A model generated the notes under the pieces. It did not search any database and was not told the DNA's origin. It saw only the letters and a list, made by a program, of their open reading frames with translations. Below are positions 47,599 through 60,863 of a stretch of DNA of 64,000 bases, one piece after another. The stretch is from Geosiphon pyriformis uo1 (Eukaryota > Fungi > Glomeromycota): contig JAAOMT010000647.1 in assembly GCA_016748015.1 (NCBI GenBank), positions 66,880 through 130,879 of the forward strand, written 5' to 3'. How positions within the stretch are numbered: the first letter of the stretch is position 1; the number at the start of each line of letters is the position of its first letter. A program made the translations under genes and the position numbers.

Positions 47599-48413
47599 TT
47601 AAGCCAAAACTTTAAAATAAATTTTTTTTTAAAACTAGCCAACTTTATTTAATATTTTTATTAATTTTAAAAAAGTTTTTTTTAAATATTTTCAAATAAC
47701 AACACTTTAAAAACATTAAAAAATCAAATAACTTAAATAATTATTAATTTATTGCAAAATTAAAAAACTTTTAGTCTTTTAAATCTTGACAAAAGTTATT
47801 AAAATAGCTTATTTATACAAAAAAACAATAAAAAAATATAAATATATTAAACATATTAATAATAATTAAAGTATATAAATATAAATAAAATCAAAAATTT
47901 TTAAACAAAAAGCAAAAATTATTTTATTGTAATTAATATTATCAAAATGATTTTTGTTTATTAAAAAATTATTTTATTGTAACTAATATTACCAAAAATG
48001 TTTTTGTTTATTAAAAATTATATTTCTTTTTATAAATTTTAATATATGTAATAATATGTTAAAAACAACCAATTTTTTTATTTTGAATTTAAAAAATACA
48101 AACCTAAATTATTTAACTTAAAAATTATTAAATTATAGCAAAAAATATTTTAAATTATATTATAAATCGAAGTAACAATTTAATAAATAGCAAATAAAAC
48201 AATAATAATAAATTATTTTAATTATTTTAAATAGTTTTAAAATCACAATTACCAATGTTTTTAAAAATTTTAAAGTAGAAAAATAATACAGCTGTATATT
48301 TATTTTAGATTTACTAAATATTAAATTATCAGGTGTGACAAATCGTTGAAGATATTAATCTTGAATTAGAAGATATTTTTTCTTGCTGTTCTAACAAGAA
48401 GCTTTTGGAGACC

Positions 48414-50021
48414 ATGAAAGACCAAACGAGAATTAAGTATTTTGAAGAAGCAGATCCATCTCAATGGTCACTTATTACTTTCTTGAGATGGAGACACAAC
48501 TCGAAAGTTTTAGATAAGGAAAAAGAACACGGCGCATTTAAATGTCTTCTCCAAAACATCCTTAACAATGATAAAGTAGATTCTCATGTACAAAGGGCTC
48601 AAGAGATTCTTGATAACTGGCAGGTTTGTGTTTCTGTACTGTTGATGGGCCAAAAGCCCTGCTCTTTTGCAATAAATGATCCTATCGAGTTCTCGAAAGA
48701 GGGCACAACCATTCTTTGAGTTGATTGGGGCTTTTGGTAAGACCTTAAGCTCGTTGCAGTAACATATGTGGTAGCCTTTGAGCTATCCAGTGTTTGGTCC
48801 TTGAGCTCGTTGCAGTAATATATATGGTAATCTTTGAGCTATCCAGTGTTGGTTGCAGTAACACATGTGGTAGCCTTTGAGCTATCCAGTGTTTGGCCCT
48901 TGAGCTCGTTGCAGTAATATATATGGTAGCCTTTGAGCTACCCAGTGTTTGGCCCTTGAGCTCGTTGTAGTTCATCAAGTGTTGTCAAAATCTCTCTATA
49001 TCATTATGCAAACACATGTGATGGCCCTTGAGCTCGTTGCATCTTGCTATATCTAATCTGTTTCCTGTTTTTCTTTTAATGGACTTTTCTAGTTTAACAA
49101 GTGTTCTTCAGAAGTTAGAATGTTTTGGAGCAAATTTAGGACTTCGAAATTGCAACACGATCTTGAACATGTCGAATTGCAGAAAGAACTAACATCGGAT
49201 GAGGTGAGAATAAAAATTCCAGTGGAATGTTTGTTGAATTACTCACATTAATGTAAATTTTCAGTGTAATGCAGATTTGTCCAACTCTGACTCCTCCTCT
49301 GATTCCTCCTCTGACTCCTCAATCGCCCAAGAAATCACGAACCCTTTTTTAGGAGAACAGGTTAGTGTAATTTTTGGAATTCATTGTATACACTATTGTA
49401 ATAACTCGTAAGGCATAAAAAAATTGTTTATTTTATTATGTAGAGTAATGATGGAGTTGCGTATGATGAATTTACAGCAAAGTTCAAAGCGATTCCACAA
49501 AGTGATAAATGGGTGTTATCGACTGGAAAACGTGTCGAAGATGCATTATATCACTACGGAATGCAATGTTCACATGAACAGTAAGTATTTATTCTGTGAT
49601 ATACGCAATTTTTATTTATTTACTTAAAATTTTTTTTATTTTTAAGTCTTTGTCATTCTTTTATTATCGACCCATATGACGAGAACTATTTACAAAATAA
49701 TGTATTCACAATGAATGAATTAAAAGAAATTCAATCGTTTAACAAAAAACCTATGCCATTAATGCCAACTGATCTTCTAAAGTATTTGAACAGTTTCCGG
49801 GCGGTAAGTACTTTTTTGAACATAATGGTTGTTTTCTATTATTTATTATAATTTTAATATATATTATTAGACAAATGCCTCCGACATGCGAAAATTAATT
49901 TTAAACTCAAATATATATGATCAATCTTTTGATCGATCAAAAAATTTCGATTTCGATTGGATACGTAATACTGTATACAATCTGTAAGTTTGAATTCGCA
50001 ATTTTTTTATTTAAGACACAT

Positions 50022-50056
<35 letters not shown>

Positions 50057-51024
50057 TTCATAGTTTACTTGAATATGAAGCGAATCATCTCGAAAATGAC
50101 CACGCTGAAACATGGATAATGTTGCACATTTGGTCATTTATTGATAAAGCTTTTTTAGATATAGATGGGGTCGAAGTTGTAAGGTAATGTTTTTTTTTTT
50201 GAAAAAATTAATCGTTGCCTATGATTAACTTTTTTTCATATTTTTCCTATTTTTATGAAAGAGGTGAAGGTTCAAGCTGTGCATCGTCAAAAAGAAAAAA
50301 TCTACATCGTGTTGCCGCATCCACAAGTCCACTAAAAAGAAAAGCAATGGGTAGACGTGGTGATTTAATCATCAGAAAATGGCATACAGAATATGGTTGT
50401 TGTGAAGCTGGCAAGATCTTTGATGGAAATAATGGCACAAAATTATTGGAAGAAAAAAGTTTTAAAATGCCTAAGATGATGAAAGATATGTTTGTTGATT
50501 TATGTGAAGCTGTTAATAATGAAAAAAACAAAATAAAGAAACTAGAAACTGTTGGCTTTATTATAGCAGGTATATAAAATTTTTTATCGTTATTGATTTA
50601 TTAAAGTATTTTTATTTTATTTTGTTATTTGTGTTTTTAGGCTTAAAGATATCTTTAATAAGATTGGATTCACCAGTGGGAAATGTGTGCAGGTTATCAC
50701 GTATGCGGCTTTTTGAAATTCCAACCAGAATTTCTGAATTTGGTAAAAAGGCTTTGTCAACAATTGTAATGGTGTGGAAAGCAAAAGCAAGTATTATTAT
50801 TTTAGGTATTTGTAATTTGTTTTACAATTTATATTAATTAATATTTATTATAGGCTATAGTAAAACAAATAATTTTACTAATCGAAGAAACAGAAGCAGA
50901 ACAACTTGAAATGTTACAAAACTGTGATCAAGATAATGTCGAGATATTTTCAAAAAAGCAGAAATTACAATTACCACAATGTTTAACTACACCTCAAAAG
51001 AAAAATTCTATTTATAAAAGATAA
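48414..51024 (+). CDS. Intact 10-exon protein with a C-terminal PD-(D/E)xK (restriction-endonuclease-fold)-like domain
   Basis: Exons splice in frame (48414-48623, 49093-49203, 49265-49360, then seven more to TAA 51022-51024). Motifs KWVLSTGKRVEDALY..C.HEHLCHSFIIDP, HIWSFID, RGEGSSCASSKRKN, GRRGDLIIRK..EYGCCEAGK, KMPKMMKDM. The nuclease fold is inferred from the D...ExxK spacing. Confidence 0.8.
48746..48969. repeat. About 56-bp minisatellite (about 4 copies, plus a partial copy at about 49020-49040) in intron 1
   Basis: Unit TTGAGCTCGTTGCAGTAATATATATGGTAGCCTTTGAGCTATCCAGTGTTTGGCCC. Confidence 0.88.
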
Positions 51025-51769
51025 TTGTTTTTTTGCTATACTATAACTTTGAAATATCGTTTATTACTAGTTAGTTTTTTTAAAATTTAGTATATGTGTA
51101 AACATAATTGTAACTATATTGCGAGCATGTTATTATATTAATTTCTAAAAGAACACCAAATATTACCAAAAAATTTTCTGTTTTTTTTAATATTATTATC
51201 AATAAAAGTTGTTAAACTTTTAATAAGCTAATTTATTTTTAAAATATTTTTTTATACTTTAAACTGTTTATAGTAATAAAATAGCCAATTTTGTCTTAAT
51301 TATTTACATAGTTATTTTGCAGTAAAATCAGTTTTTTTACAAAAATTCTCAACTTTAAACTATTTAATAATATAAAAAATAATAATAATAAAAAAATAAT
51401 AAGAAATATTTTCTGTTTAAATCTAAAATTAAATAAATAATTACTGAAATTATTAATTAATTAATTTCAAAATATTAATTATAATTTGTAAATTTTAAAA
51501 CAATATTAATTATAAAAAAAGTTTTTGTTTTTTAAAATAAAAATTTATTTTATTAATTTGTAATAATTATTTAATATTTTTAAACTTAAATAAGATAAAA
51601 TATATTTTTTTATATAATTTATTTAGATTAAATTAGCTAATTCTATTTGTTTTTTATTTTTAAAATTGTTAACTTTTTGATAATTTTTGTATTTGTTTTT
51701 TTTTGTTATTATTGTTTAATAAAATATGTTTAAAAGTATTATTGTTATTAATATTAAAAATACTTTTAA

Positions 51770-53290
51770 TTTTTTTTTTTTTTTAACAAATGAAGTCTAT
51801 ATACTACTTAGTACTATATATTATATAAATAATCTAAACTAAAAGTAAATTATGCTTTTTTTATATTAAACCAGCCATTTAGACTAATCAAAACAATACT
51901 ATGTACTTATATAAACTGAAACCAAATTACCAATGCTTGAAAAAAACAAGTAAGACTTATACAAACCAAAACTAATACCAAATGCTTCAATAATCTCAAG
52001 CAATCTAATCACATCAGCAGAAAGCATTATGGATAGCCCAGATATAGAAATAGAAATTGAACTATCATAAGAGATTAGTCTATTTTTTTCCATAAAGAAA
52101 TAATGCTTAGCATAAACCAATCAAATTTTTTCTTTAAAAACAAGACAAAAATCATGCACAAAATTTACAATCTTTAAACTCGTTACTTTGGAACTATTAA
52201 AAACAGAAATAGCTTCCTGATACTATTCACTAAAAACAAAGTTCTTGCAGAGAGTTATACACACTACAGCATTCAAAATATAGGAAAACATAAGTTAAGA
52301 AACACATAAAAATGAATAAAAAAGGCCAAAGAGCACTTTTCAAGTATTTGTATATATATCTAATAGACAATGGCAAACAGAAATGTTAAATAAACAAAAA
52401 AAACATGGTTTAAGACCTCAACATTACCACAATACAAACATGTCATACTGGTATAGTGCTTGTTATATAAATGCTTTCAAATAATAACAGGTAGCCAATA
52501 GTGCAAAGCTTTTATAAAATAAGTGTAAATGTTAACAATATGCTTATTAGTAAAACCAGCAGTCATATGCAAATCTGAATGCTACACCAAAGATAAACTC
52601 AGCCAATTAATGTTTAAAAGCAAACTACCAACCAAAATTCTAAAATCAGAACCAACTTTCTAGTATATATAATAAACAGAATAAAAGATATTATGAACAA
52701 AATATCTAGAATTACCAAAAACAATATTACTATTAGCCATAATACAATGTTTTTTCAATTGAGGGAGAAGGCACTAATTAGAAAAAAATGCAATATTAGC
52801 AAGCAAGTTAGCACACTTATTTTCCAAAACACTTGAATAATTTTTTACTTTGTGTCAATTAATATTTAAATTTTTGCTGTGAACAATGTCCACAATGTGC
52901 TGTTGTTTAATTTAGCACTAATTCCAGCAATTTGAATACACTAAACCCAACTCAGACTGACATGCATTTAGAGCCACTTGACTGTCTGTAAATAATTAAA
53001 CTATACTACAAAGGGAAACATACTTAAAAGCCAAAGCAATAGTCTGCAATTCCACCAAAATAGAAAACATTAAACCAAAAACCCTGACACTTAGACTCAA
53101 ACCAATGTTTTCAAAAAAAGCTGTTATACCAGCTCTCATGTGAGTTGTTCTCAAGTTCTTTAGAGACTTATCTGTATAAATAAACAGACTACCAATATTA
53201 ATATTTAATAAACAACCATGAACCAACTCAAACTCACTAAATCTAAGAATATTAAAAAGTTTAAGGAAATTAACAGAAAGTTTAAACCAT
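51770..53290 (-). mobile_element. LINE 3' portion (RNase H to poly-A), interrupted by the LTR element
   Basis: T-run 51770-51784. Minus ORFs 52996-53226 (IYTDKSL..VELQTIALAF) and 51899-52120 (VIRLLEIIEAFGISFG..LVSVYIST) match the C-termini of the other LINEs. Confidence 0.88.
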
Positions 53291-54131
53291 TGTTACTCAT
53301 AAAATATAAGAAGTATATTAGCATATAAATTAGCCAATTAGGAGTAGATGTAGTAAATATGGAATTCCAGGATTTTTTTCAAAGAAATTACAGGATTCCA
53401 GAAATTGCAGAATTTTTATATAAAAAATTGCAGAATTCCAAAATTCTTCTTAAAGAAATTACAGGATTCCAAGAATTCCAGGATTTCTGGTGTAAAAAAT
53501 TGAGGAATTAAGAAATCTCAATTATGTATATATAACAGTAGTATTAGAAATAAAAAAGACAGACCTTTTAGTTTAGATTTTATCTAAGCTACTTTTCCAA
53601 ATCACAAATATTAATAAATAATTATTTGCTATCACAATCTACTTTTCACTATTAACATGAAGTGTTAATAATAATACTTGACCACAGTAGAACAATAGCT
53701 CTTAATCATAGCTATTGATGGGATACTAACTTAATTGCCTTGGCTTAACTTCTTTAATTTTCTTTTATTTTTCTTTTATTTGTCTTTTTTTTCTTGTTGT
53801 TGTATACTAATTGATTAAAAAGAATAACACATGAAGTTACTGATGTCAGGATATAGCATTGGTAAAAGACCCAAAAATAAGAGTAGAATACTCAATTAAG
53901 AATAGCTCACTAAGAGGATTACCAGTCATCATACTGAAAAAAAATTGACAAAACTGTAGTTTCAGGAAGCTATGAATAAAAAAATTATTGAATCTCTGTT
54001 CATTATACAAAAAACTCAACCAAAACCTTCATATTAATAAAACTTTCAGAAATTACCAACCATATTACTTATTGAGCACCAAGTTACGGGTTTGTTATTT
54101 GATTCAAGACCCCAAATAATCACCTGTAACA
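53291..54131 (+). repeat. 5' LTR of element A (841 bp)
   Basis: TGTTAC...GTAACA inverted termini, followed by a TTTGG PBS-like start; homologous to 60026-60863. Confidence 0.85.
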
Positions 54132-57100
54132 TTTGGTACTTTCTGTAAGGTATAATTCTACAGAAAACTAGCACCAACAGCAGTCATTCAAAAGTGGCAG
54201 AATTAGGAATAATAGAGACAAACCATTTAGAATTTGCCAAATCTTTATTTCAACAGTACAGCCAACAATTAGACTTAACCAACAACCATTATTCAGTGGA
54301 ATCAGTCTTCAACTTTTACATCAATGAAAAAATCACAGAGTTTTTTGAAAGACCAGTTGACCTTAAATCAGCTAAAAAAAATTCCTACACAGAATTAATT
54401 CAGCACACTAGCTTACCACAAAATCACAGTTTTGCACCAATTATTAGAGAAATTAATCAAGAAATTGAAAGATACACTCAACAACAATTTTCTATTATCT
54501 ATACAGATAAGAGTAAAGGAAAGTTACAAACACCAGCAGCAACTCCAAAAAGAATACAGTTACTAATATAGAAGAAATAAAGAATTAAATCTCTGTTATA
54601 TTTATCATATTATTACATACCCAGAAGTACCATCAGCAGACATATCCACATCAAACATGACATTAATTTTTGGATGATTTCTATTTCAAAGTAAACAAAA
54701 GAAAGCAGAATTATTGGAAACTTACAGCAATTACTTTGAAGAATTCAAATCATGATCCCCAATACTATCAAAGTTCCAATCACTGCCATCTTTCCCAGAT
54801 TTCGGAACCACAAGTCCTTGGAAAATAACAGAATCAAAAGAAAAAGAAGACAACAATCAGAAATTTACTTATCAAAACCTGATCTTAGAAAATCTAGAAA
54901 TTAAAACTCCAGATAATCAAACTTCAGAGCAGCAAACTCCAAACAATTAAAACTCTGATCTAATTAATCAACCAAACTTATCTTTAGTAATCATTATTGA
55001 TCAGCCACCAATTGAACTGATTATTGCACCAATTTAGCAACTACTTTAACAACCAATACAGCCACTTCAACAACTACAATAACAATTCCAACCACTACCA
55101 ATACAACAGCAACAACTATTTACACAAATGGCATACACACCAATTGCAAAGCTCAAAAAATTCACAGACAAAGAAGATGATGCTTAAATATGGCTCAATA
55201 ACATAGAAAAAGCCATCATGGCTAATAGATAGAATGATGCCAGAACTATGCAAGCTATTTTATATTTTCTCCAGAATACTACTAACTCATGATATTAAAG
55301 CTTGGTCAATAAATTCCAAGATTTCAATGAATTCAAGCTTAAATTTCTAAGATACTTCAGTAATAATAACAGCATTAACCATCTAGTAAATACTTTCACT
55401 ATCATCAAACAAAAAGAAACTGAAGCAGTCACTATTTACTTAAGACACTTTCACAGAAATCTGCACCAGATCCAAGTTATTGATGCCAATTATTTCACAG
55501 TGGCCCAAATCCTAAATCAATTTATTTGGGGATTATGCAGTAGCATTCTGCAATACATATGCCTACTGCATCCAGCCAACTTGCAAGCTACAATTATTAA
55601 CACTAGAGATTTTAAAGCTGCCAAATTAGAAACTAACCATGCCCAAGCCATAAATCTAGGGATAAATAGATCATCTGAATTAAACTCTAAGTTAAAACAG
55701 TTCAGTGATTCCATCAAACAGAAATTAGAGAAATACTTAGCTGACAATTGAGCAATTTATTAACCTTCACAATAATACAATAATCCAGGAAACTCTAATT
55801 GTTTTCAAAATCAGTCACATCTAATTTTATCAAATTAATTATGACAGACAGAGATGTGTATTTGCCACAACTGTAGTAAACAAGGTCACATAAGAGCCAA
55901 TTGCCATTTTTATATCAACTCATGATTGGAAAATCAATATTAAAACCCTAATTGCTGGTTTTAAATGCTAAATTAGTACCCAAATCAGGATCAATACCAA
56001 CCTCATTACACCCAAATAACACACCAGCCAATATATTAACCACCAGTGTATTAAGCTTCACTTTATTAGTCAACAGTACCAGTTATTTATCAACTGCAGC
56101 CACAATTAGTATATCAGCCCCAACAAATCCAAACACCACCACAAAACTTATTTCAAACTGGAATCCAAAGGCCAAGAATGACACAACAAAACTGGAGATT
56201 AGCGATGGTTATTTACCAACTAATTCCCAGTTCCTCTACCCAACAATTATGATCACACCAGCAGAGTTTAAGAACTGGGTACACCCAAAACTCAAGTTCT
56301 CAGAACTATTTAAGTCTCTTGGTCAACCCAGAAGATGCCTTATTTAACCACTTGGAACCAAACCCAAAACCAATTAACAACAACAATATACTGCTAGCTG
56401 CTATTATTAAAAATAAATTGTTAGCAGCCATTTTTTTTTTAAGATAAAAGAACCAAATGCAATATTCTTCTTTAGTGGAGCTGTTCTTGATGCTAAATCT
56501 ATTACTGCAATATACACTAATACCAAAGTTGATGGTTAGTCTATCAAACTAATTCTTAACAACAGGTCAGCTGACAGCATTATTACATAACAACTTATGG
56601 ACCAATTAGGTTGCTGAGTTGATTATGCTGCCAGTGCTAGAATTATTACAGCTGATGGAGCAACTAAAACTCCTATTGGTGAAATTGACAACTTCCCATT
56701 TGAAGTCAACAGCATCATTACTCCCATCAAAGTTTTAGTAATAGAAGCAACCCAATACCAAGCCCTTATTGACAATGACTGGTTGTCTAAAATCAATGCA
56801 GTACTTGATTGGACCACACAAAAGCTTCAACTTAGCCAAAATAATCAACACATGTGTGTACTAGCCACATGTAATCACTTTAAAATCACAACTAAGCAAG
56901 CACTACTAATAGAGCTAAAAGAAAAAAAAACAAACCTACCTGAAAAGCCTATCAAATCTCATGGACCAACAACAACCACAACAAACTGTTGCCGATATTT
57001 TCCTGGAACAACAAAGGAAAGAAAAAGAAAGAAGAAGAACATATCTGGGAAATTAACCAAATACCATGAATGGACAACAAAAGTGAATTACCACCAAACT

Positions 57101-58104
57101 GGACTTGGGAAGAGAAGGAAAAAGAGAAAAAAAAAGAATCAGAACCAGCCACTACCTTAACATATACTTTATATATCTACTCTCTATTACCACAGTTTTA
57201 CTATTGTTGACCAAAACTTATATACATCGATTGTGACAAGAAATTGTTATCAATGGGTGCATGCTATGGTAATAATAAGGAATACCAAATAACAACTAAG
57301 TTTTATTGCTATTCATGTGTTCTTGAATGCTTTGAAAGACCAAAACAAGTTGGAAAATGAGATAATAAACCATGCTTAGCTTGTGGAGAAACTTTTCTAA
57401 ATGAAAAAATGTGGAATAACATTTCTGGGCAAGGAGAAATGTGTAATGAATCATGTTAATACACAATTCTAATAAGTGACTGGATTAGAAAAAAAACACC
57501 AATAGAAGCTGCCTAGAAAAGAGCTGTAAAATGTCTGAATAGTTGTTCACACAATAATGACAAAATTTGGTGAATAGCACTTACAAAGATCAAAGAAGTG
57601 TCACCTAAAGAGATTATAACAATCAAAAACAACCCACCAGAATCCATAAAACTTAACTAGAGCCCAAATCCAAATATCATCTTAGAGCCAATAGACCCAG
57701 AACAATTCTACAAACACTACCAAAAATTAGCACTCACTAGAAAAGAGCAAGAACAATATTTAGAGCAGTTAAACACTTAACTTTGTCAACATTGTTTGAT
57801 TTTTTATGACTTTCAATATTGTAATGAGTGTGATCTCATTTACAATTCACTATCACACATAATCTACATGATCCCAGAGAAAAACAAACCAATCAGCAGC
57901 TACACATTGGAATTGGAATTGACATTCAATCCTGATTCAAACTCCAATAACAACAATGATAAAAACAACAGTTCCAGTTTCACCCAATATGACAATGAAA
58001 ATAACAATAATTTATACTCTGATTTGAATCCTGAAACTTATATTGCACTTCCTAATCTCACCAAAGAGCAAGGACTGAAATGGTTTAGTAATAATAATAA
58101 AGAT

Positions 58105-58495
58105 ATTATGCCAAAATGTGCATATAATATTTATATAGGGTTTAATCTAAAATATCCAGGGAAGAATGTCATCAAATTAGAACCAAATTCATGCATCTGT
58201 ATTGATCTTAAAATAGCACTAGAAATTCCAGCAACAACAATAATTCAATTAACATCTAGGAGTAATTTAGTAAAAAAAAGAATTAACATCAGAGAAAGAA
58301 TAATTGATACAGAATATGTAGGAAATATTATTGCAATGCTATAAAATAACTCAAAAAAAGCATATATTATAGAGCCAAACAAAAAAATAGCACAGGCAAT
58401 ATTCCTGCCTCTGGTAAAAATAGCTCAATTAGTATTAGTGAAAAATAAGGAAGAATTAGGGATCACAGCAAGAGAGATAAGTAGATTTAGATCCA
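58105..58495 (+). pseudogene. dUTPase domain within the pol region of element A
   Basis: Decayed forms of the five dUTPase motifs: IGFNL (AGFDL), SRSNL (RSSL), RIIDTEYVGNI (GIIDxGYxGxI), KIAQAIF, REISRFRS (RGxxGFGS). Confidence 0.85.
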
Positions 58496-60025
58496 TGGAT
58501 AAAATAGATGTACCAGTTAATATGACAAAAGAAAAAGTTGTTAACAAGAGAAAAATTATCTCCACCCATTAATCAATTTCCATTCTATTATATGACAAAT
58601 ATATGTTAGCATTAGAAAGCAAGATGAAAAATTAGTCATAGATTTTTGAAGCAAAACCAACCATTTGCAAATCAAGAAAAATTGAACTTACCAATCTATA
58701 CATACTAGTTAAAAGCCTAAAGCACATCAAAATTTCCATCCACAAAACCACTAAAGATGTTATTAAAATTCCAAAAGAAACTATTATTGGATATTTAAGC
58801 ACTGAAGTCAAAGACCAACCACCAAGTACTATTCCAGACTTTCCACAACTTTGTAGATATGTGAATATTATATTACAAACCATATACAGACAAAATGAAT
58901 GCTATTTGTTCTAACCAGAACAATTAAAACAAATAAACTTGGGAAATCTAGACTGACTTTAACAGATGCAGTTAAAGATGTTATTCAACAATTTTAATAA
59001 TATCTTTGCTAGTAAAAACAAATTTGGTCACACTAATATCATCCAGCATCAGATTAAAACTGAAGATATAATGTTAATTAAACAAAGAGCATATAGAGTA
59101 CCACCAGCCAGCCATGAAATCATTCATCAAGAAATCAATCAGATATTAGACAACAGGTTAATTCAGCCATCAATGAGTCCATAGTCATTACCAATAGTAC
59201 TAGTTTGGAAGAAAAATGGAAAAATTTGCTTCTGTGTGGATTATAGAAAACTTAATAGAATCATTCATAAAGACAGCTATCTAACTTCATAGATCCAGGA
59301 GCTATTTGATGCTTTTGGAAGAAACAAATGGTTCTTAACATTAGATCTGAATAGTGGTTACTTGCAAGTAGCCATGAATTCAGCCAATAAAAAAAAAATG
59401 GCATTTACCACAAGAGAAAAGAATTTTAAATTTGAAGTCATGCCATTCCGCTTAATGAATGCACCAGCCATGTTCTAATGACTAATGGAAATTATTTACA
59501 CAAGATTACTATAGAAATTAGTAGTTATATACTTGAATAACACTAATGTATTTTCAAAGACATTTGATGACTATCTTCATCATCTACAACAAGTGTTCAA
59601 AAGACTTAGATATGCAGAATTAAAATTAAATACAACTAAATGTTTCTTCAGAAAAACAGAACTTAAATTCTTGGGACATGTCATAAGCAAAGATGGCATC
59701 AAAACAGATCCAGACAAAATTGAAATAGTCAAAAACTTTCTAATACCAACCAACTTGACAGAACTAAGAGCATTCTTGGAATTTGCCAGATATTATTACC
59801 ACTTTATCAAAAACTTTTCCAAACTGGCTCAAACATAAGACCAGCTCCAAATAAAGAACACCAAATATGAATGGATGAAAAACCAGCAAAAAGCTTTTGA
59901 TATACTAAGAAGAAAATTTATTCAAGCTTCAGTACTAATTTATCCAAATCACAATAAATTATTTATTATTACAACCAATACATCAGGTTAAGCATTGGGA
60001 GCAGTACTATCTCAGAAAGGACCAG

Positions 60026-60863
60026 TGTTACTCATAGAATATAAGAAATATACTAACATATAAATTAGCCAATTAGAAGTAGACATAGTAAATATGGAAT
60101 TCCAGGATTCCTCTTAGAAGAATTGTAGAATTTCAGGAATTTCAGAATTCTTGTATAAGGAATCGCAAAATTCCAGAATTCCAGGATTCCTCTTAAAAAA
60201 ATCGCAGAATTCCAGGAATTTCAGAATTCTTGGTGTGAAAAATCAAAAAATTGAGGAATCTTAATTATGTATATATAGTGGTAGCATTAGAAGTAGAAAA
60301 GACAGACCTCTCAGTTTAGATTTAATCTAAACAACCTTCCAAACCAATAAATAATTATTCACTATCTCAAATCTATTCTTCATTATCAACACTTTATGTT
60401 AATAGTAATTGATATTTAACCACACTGGAACAATAGCTCTTAATTATAACTATTGATAGGATACTAACTTGTAATTACATTGGCTCATTTTCTTTATTTC
60501 TTTATTTTCTTTTCTTTGATTTATTGTTGTTTACTAAATTGATTTAAGAATTAAGTGCTAAAGTACAGACATCATAGAGACTGGTAAAAAACCTGTGAAA
60601 CAAGGGTAGAATACTTATAGATTTGAGGATAGCTTACCAGAAGAATTACTAGCCATCACACTGAAAAAGAAATTCAATAGAATTGCAATTCCAGAAGACT
60701 ACTAAAAACAACCATCACATCTCTGTCCATTATACAAAAAACTCAACAACAAAACCTTCAGACTGATAAAATCTTCAGATTACTAACATTCTCAGTATAT
60801 TAATTGAGCACCAAGTTATGGGTTTGTTATTTATTCTAACACCTAAAATAATTACCTGTAACA
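60026..60863 (+). repeat. 5' LTR of element B (838 bp)
   Basis: TGTTAC...GTAACA termini; colinear with LTR A. Confidence 0.85.

Larger units (their letters stand above)
53291..60025 (+). mobile_element. Ty3/Gypsy LTR retrotransposon A (5' LTR, gag, protease, Cys-rich insert, dUTPase, RT, start of RNase H), degenerate, interrupted by element B
   Basis: Zinc knuckle CHNCSKQGHIRANC at 55863; protease LILNNRSADS (from LILDSGS) at about 56549; RT motifs FCVDYRKLN, LDLNSGY, MPF.LMNAPA, YLNNT (YLDD), FLGHVISKDGI; ALGAVLSQ cut at 60025. Confidence 0.92.

Noticed and set aside
36233-48969. Tandem arrays (36233, 47201, 48746) as CRISPR-like arrays
   Set aside because: Units are contiguous with no unique spacers, there are no cas genes, and the context is eukaryotic.
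48746-48969. Tandem minimal hammerhead ribozymes on the minus strand (CTGCAACGA-GCTC-AA-GGGC-CAAAC)
   Set aside because: The core boxes deviate from CUGANGA and GAAA in every copy. The resemblance is insufficient without a covariance-model hit.
53291-60863. LTR A and LTR B as the two LTRs of one complete element
   Set aside because: They are too divergent, pol is cut mid-RNase H with no integrase or PPT, and a second gag follows LTR B.
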